DNA of 64,000 nt, from the NCBI GenBank assembly GCA_964399075.1, contig CAYNPK010000001.1:160961-224960 (forward strand). The letters run 5' to 3'. Each line of letters starts with the position of its first letter. Positions within the stretch are counted from its first letter, which is position 1. Below, piece after piece: positions 20,010-28,698 of this stretch. The DNA is from an uncultured Candidatus Saccharibacteria bacterium (GTDB taxonomy: Bacteria > Patescibacteriota > Minisyncoccia > Phycocordibacterales > JACOZG01). The translations under genes and the position numbers were made by a program. The notes under the pieces are model-generated. The model was not told where the DNA came from. It made no database searches and saw only the letters and a list, made by a program, of their open reading frames with translations.

Positions 20010-20171
20010 TTGTGACGACTCTGTTGTTAGCCGTCACAGGGTTCACCGCGATTCGCTTCGGTTACGCTGCCACCAGGCTCCTCAGCACAATCATGGCGGT
20101 TCCTCCTTCGAGTCGCCGTGTTACAATGTGTGGCTCCGCCCAACGCGCGAGCCTCTGCTAGTTATCAGAGC
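20010..20171 (-). ncRNA. candidate structured small RNA / micro-ORF element between two terminators
   Basis: ~55-60% GC and ORF-free; at least six local hairpins; contains GAAGGAGGAA-N5-ATG and a 10-codon ORF (MIVLRSLVAA, ~20062-20094). Confidence 0.25.
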
Positions 20172-20207
20172 AAAATAAAAAAGAACCGCAAGTTTTTCGC
20201 CTGCGGT
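20172..20207 (-). terminator. rho-independent terminator after the radical SAM gene
   Basis: Minus strand ACCGCAGG-cgaaaaac-TTGCGGT hairpin followed by UCUUUUUUAUUUU, directly after the stop codon. Confidence 0.55.
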
Positions 20208-20241
20208 CCCTGATACCTCATACTCTCTTCACCTCTTTCTC

Positions 20242-21810
20242 TCATCTCTTACGATGAGTCTTGACCAAGTCATCCGTCATCTTTTGGAAGTGGAGGAGCT
20301 TAGCCGCTTGGGCAAAAAACTCCGCCAATCCATGCGGATCCCGCCGGAGCACCCACCAAAGCTGATGGGCAAAGAAGATATCCGGCCGGCGGAACAAGTT
20401 CCGCCACAGGAGCCGACCAGCCACGGCCAGATTCCGCCAACTTAGACGACTGGGCCGATGATAAGGACCACGTCTGGAAGCCAGAACCCGACAGCGTTGG
20501 TAGTAATTCCGAGAATGGAAGAGGTGGCGAAGCAATTCCACATAACCATCGATAAGGAATTGCTCCGGCAATTCGGTTTCGAAATTGAAACCGAGATGAT
20601 GGGTGTTGTTACCTCCCGATTCGCCCCGCAAGCGCCCGGCCCTCTTGAGCTCTTGGTAGAGAGGCGTCCCTCGAACGGCCGTCAAAAGTCCCGGCATTGG
20701 CATTACCACACCGGTCGTTAGCAGGAAGGCTGGCAAGACCTCAAAGACATTCGGTTTCTCACCATCGTGACCGATGATGATACCGCCACTAACCTCCAGC
20801 CCTGATTCCTGAATGATGGCGATCTTTTCCGCCAAACTCAAACTGCCTAGATTCTGACCCTTATCCATCGCCTTCAAGACATCTGGATCTGAGGATTCAA
20901 GACCGATAAAGATTTCAGCAAATCCCGCATCAACCATCAAGTCACGGATATCGGCGTGATTAAGCATGCCCAAGTCCGCGCTGGCTTCCGTAAACAGAGA
21001 GAAGGGGTAAGACCGCTCTCTCTGCCAATCGGCCAAGACTGGCAGAAAAACGCGTAGGGCCGACTTATTGCCAATGAAGTTATCATCAACAATGAAGACC
21101 GGACCACGCCAACCAGCTTGATAAAGAGCGTTGAACTCGCGGATCATCTGCTCTGGCGACTTAGCTCGAGTGCGACGACCATAGAGACCGGGAATGTCGC
21201 AGAAGTCGCAAGAGAAGGGACAGCCACGAGAGTATTGGACCGCCATGGAAGCGTAATCGTCCAAGTTGATCAAGTCCCAACGTGGCACCGGAGTCCTGTC
21301 GATCAGAGCCTTACCTTCACGAGTGAGGGAGGCGGGAGACATTCTCTGCACCCAAACACTCTCTTCGTAGATCGCCCGAGGTGTACCAGCGCGCCAGTCT
21401 TCCAGAAAAGGCCAAAGAGTGACTTCGGCTTCGCCAAGAACCAGATAGTCAGCCGGCACATCATCCGGATACAAAGTCGGATGCGGGCCACCACTGACAA
21501 CCTTCTTGCCACGCGAGTGAACTCTCTTGATTACTTCTCTAAGCGACTCACTCTGAACCAACATGGACGAAGTGAGAATCAGATCAGCTTCGTCAATCTG
21601 ATCATCGGTGAGAGATTGAACATTGAGATCAACCAACCCGGTAACCAGAAAATCGTCAGGCAACATGGCGGCCACAGTTAAGAGTCCGGTTGGAGGCATG
21701 GCAGACTTTCTGCCTGAGATTTCCACAGCTTTTTGGAAACCCCAAAAGGAAATCGGGAATTTGGGATAGACCAAGAGAACTTTCGTACGGATGCGTGTAT
21801 GAAGACGCAT
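20242..21810 (-). CDS. B12-binding-domain radical SAM protein with C-terminal DUF4070-like extension
   Basis: N-terminal cobalamin-binding region, radical SAM CPFSCDFC (CxxxCxxC) motif, 522 aa; GC ~52% versus ~40% in flanks. Confidence 0.8.
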   Translation of the reverse strand: MRLHTRIRTKVLLVYPKFPISFWGFQKAVEISGRKSAMPPTGLLTVAAMLPDDFLVTGLVDLNVQSLTDDQIDEADLILTSSMLVQSESLREVIKRVHSRGKKVVSGGPHPTLYPDDVPADYLVLGEAEVTLWPFLEDWRAGTPRAIYEESVWVQRMSPASLTREGKALIDRTPVPRWDLINLDDYASMAVQYSRGCPFSCDFCDIPGLYGRRTRAKSPEQMIREFNALYQAGWRGPVFIVDDNFIGNKSALRVFLPVLADWQRERSYPFSLFTEASADLGMLNHADIRDLMVDAGFAEIFIGLESSDPDVLKAMDKGQNLGSLSLAEKIAIIQESGLEVSGGIIIGHDGEKPNVFEVLPAFLLTTGVVMPMPGLLTAVRGTPLYQELKRAGRLRGESGGNNTHHLGFNFETELPEQFLIDGYVELLRHLFHSRNYYQRCRVLASRRGPYHRPSRLSWRNLAVAGRLLWRNLFRRPDIFFAHQLWWVLRRDPHGLAEFFAQAAKLLHFQKMTDDLVKTHRKR

Positions 21811-21953
21811 AACATAACTCCTATATAAGATGTGTAAGAGAAAGAGGTGACAAAGACCAAACCTTGATAATCATCGCAAGAATCAATTAAATTGTAAAAT
21901 TGCTTAGTAAATGATTTAATTAGAAAAGTTAGGAGAAGATAGAGAAGATTAAA

Positions 21954-22026
21954 CCGCCCATAGCTCAGCTGGTAGAGCAGTTGCCTCTTAAGCAAACGGT
22001 CGGGGGTTCGAACCCCTCTGGGCGGA
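21954..22026 (+). tRNA. tRNA-Lys (CTT)
   Basis: Acceptor CCGCCCA/TGGGCGG, anticodon loop CTCTTAA, TTCGAAC T-loop. Confidence 0.8.
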
Positions 22027-22038
22027 CATGGAGAAATT

Positions 22039-22125
22039 GCCTTGGTGGCGGAATTGGTATACGCGCTAGCCTTAGGAGCTAGTTCCCGCAAGGGATTGAG
22101 AGTTCGAGTCTCTCCCAAGGCACCA
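22039..22125 (+). tRNA. tRNA-Leu (TAG), long variable arm, CCA encoded
   Basis: GCCTTGG acceptor, anticodon loop CTTAGGA, long variable arm, GTTCGAGTC T-arm, terminal CCA. Confidence 0.85.
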
Positions 22126-22260
22126 AAATCAAATCAGCCATTTTGCTTGACTTTTATATCTTTTTGATGTAGTATAGAAAGTGGACAAAAAACAATCTCC
22201 TAGTGTTAGGAGATTGGATAAACAGATCTTTGAAACTCTTGTGAACAAGAAAAAAGGAGA

Positions 22261-23454
22261 ATGATCATGAACGAGCCTGGAAACGAGATGTGGGTCGGAA
22301 TGTTCTGGGGCGCCGTGATCGTCCTACCCATTGCGGGCATAGTAGCGCTCGTCTATTTCTTGGCAATCACTGACACAATCTTCACTTTCGTCAAGGAAGG
22401 AGAGATCAAGGCGGTGATGATTGGAGAATCCTTGGTGAAGTTTCTAGTCAACGTCAGTGGTTATCGGTACTACCACCCTACAGACAGCGACCATCCGGCC
22501 AATGCTGGCAAGAACATCGAAGATGTTGTCGATGACTATGCTCGTCTGTTCCCACAAAGTCCAAAGACTTCAATCAAACTGGTCAGAGAACATGTCATTG
22601 TGAAGTTTGACGAAGAAAAAGACAAATACCGAAACTGGTTCAACCGACTTGGTCTCTACTATATCGGTTGGTTGCCTGGATACTTCAAACTTCTGTGGTA
22701 CAAGTTCTTTTGGCAGAAATGGCAACAAGTAGGACAAGATCAGGGGCTCAATGACCCAACCCCAAACAAAGAGGAGGGTAAGTACTTCGTCAAACCAAGA
22801 CAAGAGACTGTCGGATCCTTGTTCTTCCAGACAGTGTATCCCATCACTGCCACTGACGTGGATCTCAAAGAGAACGTCACGGTCAAGATAATTACTCTGG
22901 TAACCGTGCGAGTGGTCTACCCGATGCGGACACTCTTTCGGATTCTACCCATTGGTAACTGGTTCGGCTTCCTCCACTCATCGGTAATTTCTGCCATCAG
23001 AGATTTTGGTGGCGACCAAACCTTCGAGAAGATAAGAAAGGAGAAGCATGAGGCAACAGAGTCGGCTTTCGAAAAAGCGGTGATGGGTGTCAACCCGCAA
23101 CTACTTGAGCAAATTGGGGTAATCGTCATCGGTGTGGATTTCCAGCGGGTTGAATTTCAAAATCCGGAACTCCACAGACGCTACCAAGAGGCGGGCGTCG
23201 CTGAACAAGTCGGTAAAGCATTACAACGAAAAGCCAAAGGTCAGGCTGCGGGGATTCGAACGATCGCAAAAGCCGAAAAAGAACGGCTGGATCAGACGAT
23301 CCCCTCAGATGGTCCAGCGATTTCTAACATCGTACGTGGGATTGTTCTCGCGACCGAGGCTTTGTCAAACGCCAAGTCCCAGAAAGAAACGCCCGATCAA
23401 AACAAAAAACAAAAAGACAAGAGCAAGAAAGGAGAATCACAAGAGCAAGAGTGA
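22261..23454 (+). CDS. SPFH/band-7-like membrane protein with large insertion
   Basis: N-terminal TM; TVKIITLVTVRVVYP and VIGVDFQRVEFQNPELHRRYQEAGVAEQVGKALQRKAKGQAAG match the SPFH core and HflK/flotillin-like coiled coil; GC-rich; likely start at the third codon (strong AAAGGAGA RBS). Confidence 0.5.
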   Translation: MIMNEPGNEMWVGMFWGAVIVLPIAGIVALVYFLAITDTIFTFVKEGEIKAVMIGESLVKFLVNVSGYRYYHPTDSDHPANAGKNIEDVVDDYARLFPQSPKTSIKLVREHVIVKFDEEKDKYRNWFNRLGLYYIGWLPGYFKLLWYKFFWQKWQQVGQDQGLNDPTPNKEEGKYFVKPRQETVGSLFFQTVYPITATDVDLKENVTVKIITLVTVRVVYPMRTLFRILPIGNWFGFLHSSVISAIRDFGGDQTFEKIRKEKHEATESAFEKAVMGVNPQLLEQIGVIVIGVDFQRVEFQNPELHRRYQEAGVAEQVGKALQRKAKGQAAGIRTIAKAEKERLDQTIPSDGPAISNIVRGIVLATEALSNAKSQKETPDQNKKQKDKSKKGESQEQE

Positions 23455-23462
23455 GACACAAA

Positions 23463-23507
23463 AAAACCGGTAGCGAAGTATTACTTCGTTACCGGTTTTG
23501 TTTTTCT
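23463..23507. terminator. bidirectional rho-independent terminator
   Basis: AAACCGGTAGCGAAGTA-TTACTTCGTTACCGGTT palindrome flanked by A-run upstream and T-run downstream, between convergent genes. Confidence 0.55.
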
Positions 23508-23539
23508 AAAAAGAACAAATCCTTTCTGCCATGTGGCTC

Positions 23540-24283
23540 TTATGGAGACCGACGGTCTTCCACGACAACCAGAATCTCTCCGGAGTAGTGGTGATGGTGG
23601 TGATGTTCCACCACCAAGGGCTTGCGGTCTCGACACTGATCAGGTTGAGGGCGGAACGCGCCAACTTCTCTACCCGACCCAGCCAGCCCAGACTTTTCTG
23701 GGACAGTGTAAGCCGGTGGAGGCGCAGGCGGTCGCGAAACCGTCACCTCCGGCGAAGGAGGGGCCTCTGTCTCCTTCCGTTCTTTCGCTTCTTCAGGCGG
23801 AGGAGCAGAAGGAATCTTCGACACCTTGGGGGTATCATCTACCACTGCCGAAGACAAATCAGAAGCCGGTCGAGACTGGATGGCCTCCAGCACCTCCTGA
23901 TGACGCTCTTCAGTGGTAGCCTCCGAGGCCCTGTAACTGGCCTGCAGATTCCCCACCCCCTTCAAAATGTCTCCATTCTGGGAACATCCCTGAATGTGGT
24001 GAATCACCAAGAACAGAAACAACATTCCGAAGAGAGCAATGGTACCCTTGAGGATACGCTCGAGGCCGGACGGATGATTGCGGATGGCATCGGCGACAGC
24101 GGGGCGAGAGCTATCCGTCTGACCTTGCTGAACAGCGTTGGTCAAGCGGGTCATATTCTCACTTAGGTCGGTGAGTAGCGGGACCACCACACCAGCCACC
24201 GCCCGACCAACACTTTCGGCGGTCAAGGCCGGCTGAGTCGGTGGATCGGGAAGAGTTCGACGGGTGATTACTTTCTTGGCCAT
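23540..24283 (-). CDS. hypothetical single-pass membrane protein with Pro-rich linker and HHHHHH tract
   Basis: Longest ORF in a GC-rich stretch; start placed at the second ATG preceded by GGAAAGGAGG; TM IALFGMLFLFLVI; C-terminal VVEHHHHHHYSGE; competing plus-strand ORFs lack signals. Confidence 0.45.
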   Translation of the reverse strand: MAKKVITRRTLPDPPTQPALTAESVGRAVAGVVVPLLTDLSENMTRLTNAVQQGQTDSSRPAVADAIRNHPSGLERILKGTIALFGMLFLFLVIHHIQGCSQNGDILKGVGNLQASYRASEATTEERHQEVLEAIQSRPASDLSSAVVDDTPKVSKIPSAPPPEEAKERKETEAPPSPEVTVSRPPAPPPAYTVPEKSGLAGSGREVGAFRPQPDQCRDRKPLVVEHHHHHHYSGEILVVVEDRRSP

Positions 24284-24371
24284 GATTGGCCTCCTTTCCG
24301 GCTTTTTAGCCATATGGAATTGGAAACGAACATCATTACACCAAACCTATAGCTAGCACGAGGTCTTTAAG

Positions 24372-24406
24372 ATGTCAAGCCAAAACTCCACACCGCCACT
24401 TGACAT
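24372..24406. promoter_or_regulatory. divergent promoter region with 8-bp inverted repeat ATGTCAAG-N19-CTTGACAT carrying two opposed TTGACA boxes
   Basis: Each repeat arm embeds a consensus -35 hexamer on opposite strands; downstream TATAAT (24427-24432) for the plus gene; possible operator. Confidence 0.35.
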
Positions 24407-24497
24407 TTAATGAATATATGATACCCTATAATAGGAAGAGGTCTTGTGACCTTTTGTAAACAATAATAGGCAGTCCTTTGACATAAGGAGGTAGACG

Positions 24498-25352
24498 ATG
24501 AAACCGGTACACAAACTTGGTCTGATCGTAGCGATCCTGGTAATCGCTGTGACAATTCTGTTGGTAACGTCCGACAATTCTTCTTTCAAGACGGTCGGAT
24601 ACACCCTCCTAACAATCGAGGGTCTCCTGGCATTGATCCTCATTGTCCCTTCCATCTATCGGGCTATTGGCAAGGCGACAGTAGCGAGTGGGGAACGATG
24701 GAAAAACCTGAAAAAGACAGTGAACCCACTCATGATCCTGGTGGCCGGATTGATGATCTTCGCGATCATCCGACGATTGCTGTGGCCCAAATTCTCCTTC
24801 ATGGAATCCTTCGCCCAGGAGAACTGGATGGTGGGCATGATTGTGGCCGGTATTATCTTGGCTGCAATCCTGATCTCTCAACAAGAGAGTGAGGCCAGCA
24901 AGAAGATCGGCAAGGTGCTAGCCTGGTCCCTGGTCATAATCAGCCTGGTGACCATTGGACCAATAGTCGGCAAGCGTCTCGGGATTAACGACTGGCTGGC
25001 CGAACGCCCCCGTCCAGCGACAACACAGGCGCTAGCGGAGGGAAGTCGGATCAGAACGAGTAGTGCTCCAACCTGGACTGAAGACGTCATTGCTCCAGTG
25101 GGAGAATGGTCAAACTGGCACCAGCTCCCATCGGGCGTTGATGGTGTCTACCAGGTTCTAAATCGGGGTAGTGTCATGTTCCAACTTTCCGACAAAACTA
25201 CTTTTTCAGTCAGGCCGAAGGAAATTGTCGATTGGGGCGATACGGATGTGCCTTTGTCTCTGAAAAAGACAAGGTATTGCGTAACGTCGCTGGATGAAAG
25301 GCCAGTGATCGTACGCTTCACCTACCAGAGGAAGTCCGGGGGCATGTGGTAA
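24498..25352 (+). CDS. hypothetical polytopic membrane protein with ~110-aa C-terminal soluble domain
   Basis: AAGGAGG RBS 7 nt before ATG; 4-5 predicted TM helices. Confidence 0.55.
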   Translation: MKPVHKLGLIVAILVIAVTILLVTSDNSSFKTVGYTLLTIEGLLALILIVPSIYRAIGKATVASGERWKNLKKTVNPLMILVAGLMIFAIIRRLLWPKFSFMESFAQENWMVGMIVAGIILAAILISQQESEASKKIGKVLAWSLVIISLVTIGPIVGKRLGINDWLAERPRPATTQALAEGSRIRTSSAPTWTEDVIAPVGEWSNWHQLPSGVDGVYQVLNRGSVMFQLSDKTTFSVRPKEIVDWGDTDVPLSLKKTRYCVTSLDERPVIVRFTYQRKSGGMW

Positions 25353-25380
25353 AAGGAAACGCCACACTCCCCCACAACAC

Positions 25381-25430
25381 AACGAGCGAGAGGATATCAA
25401 TCCTCCCGCTCGTTTTTTTATTTTTCTATT
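25381..25430 (+). terminator. rho-independent terminator
   Basis: AACGAGCGAGAGGA-loop-TCCTCCCGCTCGTT 14-bp stem followed by TTTTTTTATTTTTC. Confidence 0.65.
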
Positions 25431-25440
25431 TTTACTTTAC

Positions 25441-25722
25441 CTACCGACAACCAATCGTCCCGCAAATGAGGTGCATAATTCCGAAAGCGGAAACCATAAT
25501 GAACATTCCCACCACTCCCCAGAGCACATGCTGACGGCCAATGGTTCTGGCGTCCTCGCTAGCATCACCTTTAATAATCTCGTAGACGCCGTAGAGGAAG
25601 AAAAGCAGAGCAATACCAAAGAAGAGCTTAATTAAGGGATTAAAGATGTTGACTGTAATCTTATCAATCAGATCAATCGCGTCAGTAGCCGCTTCAGCCG
25701 TGGAAGTGAAGGAGGTAAACAT
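25441..25722 (-). CDS. TrbC/VirB2-like (T4SS-pilin-like) small two-helix membrane protein, paralog 5
   Basis: Two hydrophobic helices separated by a charged loop (GDASEDARTIGRQ), shared with four upstream paralogs. Confidence 0.55.
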   Translation of the reverse strand: MFTSFTSTAEAATDAIDLIDKITVNIFNPLIKLFFGIALLFFLYGVYEIIKGDASEDARTIGRQHVLWGVVGMFIMVSAFGIMHLICGTIGCR

Positions 25723-25730
25723 TCGTTATT

Positions 25731-26108
25731 TTAACGAACAGTAGGTAAAGGTATCTGAGGTACAGTAATGTTTGTTGATCCAAACCGCGCAGTTCTACCA
25801 AGAACAGAGACCAAGCCAACAATAGAAACCATCACGAAGATACCAATCAAGCCATAAATAATCGCATCCCGACCAGCCTTACGCTTATCCTCATCACCAC
25901 CGGCAGTAATAAACTTAAAAGCGCCATAAATAACATAGAGGATAGCAATAGCGATCAGAAATGGAACAATGTAAGCATTTATGAAATTTACTATCTCAAA
26001 AAGAGACTGACCCAAACCCTTACCTTCAAAACTTGCTTGCGCAGATGCCATAATTGGCAAAACCATTACCGCACCAGCAACTAAAACTAATTTAATTTTT
26101 GTTAACAT
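25731..26108 (-). CDS. TrbC/VirB2-like small membrane protein, paralog 4
   Basis: Signal peptide, YGAFKFITAGGDEDKRKAGRDAIIYGLIGIFVMVS block. Confidence 0.6.
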   Translation of the reverse strand: MLTKIKLVLVAGAVMVLPIMASAQASFEGKGLGQSLFEIVNFINAYIVPFLIAIAILYVIYGAFKFITAGGDEDKRKAGRDAIIYGLIGIFVMVSIVGLVSVLGRTARFGSTNITVPQIPLPTVR

Positions 26109-26135
26109 AAACTTAATAATTAATCTATTAATAAA

Positions 26136-26564
26136 CTAACTACCTCTATTAAACGTGGGAACTGGCGGTGGTGTTGTCTCAAAATCAACAGTCCTAATAA
26201 GGATACCGACAAATCCCCAAACTGAAATCATGACAAAGAGGGCAATAATCCCGTAAACCATCATGTCTCGACCGGCTTGCCGCTCTTTCTCATCATCTCC
26301 CTTCCTGATATATTTTAGCATCCCGGCAAGTAAATACACAATAGCCAGGGCGATGAACAAGTAGACAAGCGGTTGAGCTACTTTATCTAACCCACAATTA
26401 ATAAAGTTGGAGAAATTAGCTCCGCAGTTGGCAGAAGGATTTGTTACCGTTTCAATATCGTCTCCATAAGAACCGCTTTGAGCTAATCCAACCGCAGGTA
26501 AGATTAATAGACTAAGAATCAGAATCGGGAGTAAAAATTTTGAGTACTTAAGAAGACTGTTCAT
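26136..26564 (-). CDS. TrbC/VirB2-like small membrane protein, paralog 3
   Basis: Signal peptide, LKYIRKGDDEKERQAGRDMMVYGIIALFVMIS block. Confidence 0.6.
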   Translation of the reverse strand: MNSLLKYSKFLLPILILSLLILPAVGLAQSGSYGDDIETVTNPSANCGANFSNFINCGLDKVAQPLVYLFIALAIVYLLAGMLKYIRKGDDEKERQAGRDMMVYGIIALFVMISVWGFVGILIRTVDFETTPPPVPTFNRGS

Positions 26565-26587
26565 TGTTGATGTTTATAGAAATAATT

Positions 26588-26917
26588 TTAAGAACCTGAT
26601 AATTGATCAATCGTTCCTTCTATCATCGTCTGGATCACGAAAGCGCCCAAGACAATGGCCGCGCCAACAATAGTCCAAAGGAAGGCTTGCTTGGCCTTGG
26701 TCAAATCCTCCGGCTTGCCTCGCGCCATGACGAAGAGCAAACCAACATAGACAATCATGAGAGCAATAATGGGAAGACCAATATTGACAACAATTTCTAA
26801 GATTTTTGTAATTAATTCCGGAATGGAATTAATGCTACCAAGAGGATTAAAAGAGGGAGTTGAGAAACTGCCAGCCCCATCTTGAGCAAATACTTTAACT
26901 ATTAAAAAATCTAACAT
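26588..26917 (-). CDS. TrbC/VirB2-like small membrane protein, paralog 2
   Basis: Same two-helix + charged-loop architecture (ARGKPEDLTKAKQAFLW). Confidence 0.55.
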   Translation of the reverse strand: MLDFLIVKVFAQDGAGSFSTPSFNPLGSINSIPELITKILEIVVNIGLPIIALMIVYVGLLFVMARGKPEDLTKAKQAFLWTIVGAAIVLGAFVIQTMIEGTIDQLSGS

Positions 26918-26924
26918 AAAATAT

Positions 26925-27344
26925 TTAATAATATTTATAGTATATCATAGACAATGGCGGTAAATAAGTATCATCATCAGTTAGAGACTTCATAATTGTT
27001 TCCACAATCAACCAAGCCGCCAGAGTAACAATTAGACCAATTATGGCCATACTGATCATGTGCTTCGCCTCGGAGCGTTTGCCATCGTTAGTGGCATACA
27101 CCACCATTTGGATGCCAGCGTAAGTGATGGTTAGCACCGCCGCGGCCGTGGCTAAATAAACCAGCCAAAGAAAGATGTTTCTGCCCAATTGTAATAATTG
27201 AGGAAACTTGCAACTATCAAAACCCTCACAAGGCACTAGACTCTCTGGCGGTGGCGAACCTTGAGCATAAATTAGAGGAATGGCGATGAAGATCCACAAC
27301 AGCACACTGCTGGCGATAATTATTAGACGGCGATTTAACTTCAT
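26925..27344 (-). CDS. TrbC/VirB2-like small membrane protein, paralog 1
   Basis: Signal peptide; YATNDGKRSEAKHMISMAIIGLIVTLAAW block. Confidence 0.55.
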   Translation of the reverse strand: MKLNRRLIIIASSVLLWIFIAIPLIYAQGSPPPESLVPCEGFDSCKFPQLLQLGRNIFLWLVYLATAAAVLTITYAGIQMVVYATNDGKRSEAKHMISMAIIGLIVTLAAWLIVETIMKSLTDDDTYLPPLSMIYYKYY

Positions 27345-27362
27345 AAAAATAAAATAGGGTGA

Positions 27363-28685
27363 CTAGATGGGATTAATTAATAATTCTAATTCTCTTTGGG
27401 CCTGATTCAAGGCCTCGACGAGTGGCACTCGGCCGATCTGTGAGCGCTCAAATAAAGTGCGGAAGACAGTGTTGGTTCCTGAAGGATTAGGATCCGGCCA
27501 AGATCGAGCCAGCAAAGCCGATTGGTAGAAGACAGTCTGGATAGGATCAGCTGAAGGCGGTGAACTCAAGAGATCCAAACGAGCTGGCGGTAAGTCTGCT
27601 AAATCAGCCAAGGAGCGATTGAAGGAACTTGAACTTAATGAGGAAGCAGCCCTAGCAGCGCCGGTAATTTTAACCTGATTGCTGACAGTTTTCTTCACCA
27701 AGGCCAGGCCAGTAAAACGGCCCAGAGTTAAACTATTAGACCCGGAGCGTTGAGGGATCAGGGTTACGTCAATATTAAGCTGAGGATTCTGTTCTCTTAA
27801 GCGCGAATATTCGCTAGCGTAACCGAAATACATTGCCAATTGACCACGGAGGAAGGCCTCCCTCGCCTCCGGCTGAGCGCTATTCCACGAGTAGAGAGCG
27901 TTAGCCGGATCGGAGAAACGGCCGAAGAAAGCCAGAGCCTCCGAGGCCGGCAATTGGCTATAACCGAAGCTGTCATTAAGAGTGGCGCGCCAACCTTGCT
28001 CACTTGAGACGACAATCGGATTGCCGGCCTGCAAAATCAACATGGTTAAAATGTCTTTGGCATGAGTGATGTTACTAAATTGACCCATGGCAACGGCAGC
28101 TTGAGAAATATTGTCTCGCAAATCAGCCGAGACCAGCGCCTTAACCGCCACGGGGAAATCATCCCAAGTTTGAGGTGGTCGGATTAGTTTAGCGTTAGTG
28201 ATTAAATTACGATTGTAATAAAGCACTAGAGGGTCTACATAGAGCGGTAAGGCCAGAAAGCCATCTGGTTGTAAAAATAATTCCGCTCCGCGAATAAAAT
28301 TATCCTGAAATTGGCGGAGAGAATAATTGCTGTAAGGAATAGTGAGTAATTTGTCAGCCTGATTGCTTAGAGTAATTTGACTGGCCATTATCAAATCGGG
28401 ACCCTCGCCTCTCGCTAGAGCATCAACTAAGACTGATTCAAAAGTAGCTGGATTCTGATAAGAATAAAGGAGGGTAAAGTCTTCTTCGTGAACTTTATTG
28501 AAGGATTCGACGAAGGCACCCATCTCTGTCTCGGGAATAGTCCCCCAGAGAGTAATCTGTCCAGCCTGACCGCCGGGCTGGGCCCTAAACCCGGGCAAGA
28601 TACCAGCAAAGATTAAAGTGCCAATAATCAAAAAGAAGCCGAAGATGATTAGTAAAATTGTTTGGAAAATATTGGGACTTTTCAT
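27363..28685 (-). CDS. extracellular solute-binding protein (ABC family-1-like), membrane anchored
   Basis: N-terminal TM anchor; ITLWGT and sugar-SBP-like pattern; no permease or ATPase partners adjacent. Confidence 0.55.
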   Translation of the reverse strand: MKSPNIFQTILLIIFGFFLIIGTLIFAGILPGFRAQPGGQAGQITLWGTIPETEMGAFVESFNKVHEEDFTLLYSYQNPATFESVLVDALARGEGPDLIMASQITLSNQADKLLTIPYSNYSLRQFQDNFIRGAELFLQPDGFLALPLYVDPLVLYYNRNLITNAKLIRPPQTWDDFPVAVKALVSADLRDNISQAAVAMGQFSNITHAKDILTMLILQAGNPIVVSSEQGWRATLNDSFGYSQLPASEALAFFGRFSDPANALYSWNSAQPEAREAFLRGQLAMYFGYASEYSRLREQNPQLNIDVTLIPQRSGSNSLTLGRFTGLALVKKTVSNQVKITGAARAASSLSSSSFNRSLADLADLPPARLDLLSSPPSADPIQTVFYQSALLARSWPDPNPSGTNTVFRTLFERSQIGRVPLVEALNQAQRELELLINPI

Positions 28686-28698
28686 TTCATCATTTCAT

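Noticed and set aside
20054-20094. Leader-peptide/attenuation model (ILV-rich decapeptide controlling downstream genes)
   Set aside because: Downstream genes (DUF5320/DUF134) are not amino-acid biosynthesis genes and have their own consensus promoter after the terminator. Retained only as one of several possibilities in the findings.
19978-20171. SRP (4.5S) RNA or 6S RNA identity for the GC-rich element
   Set aside because: I could not find the conserved SRP domain IV motif (GGUCAGGUCCGGAAGGAAGCAGCC-like) or a 6S-type central bubble architecture; left as unassigned structured RNA.
23531-24166. Plus-strand ORFs (211 aa and 128 aa) overlapping the His6 membrane protein gene
   Set aside because: They begin immediately after a terminator with no promoter or RBS, and their Arg/Pro-rich low-complexity translations are typical of antisense frames in GC-rich DNA. 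The minus-strand ORF has a strong RBS.
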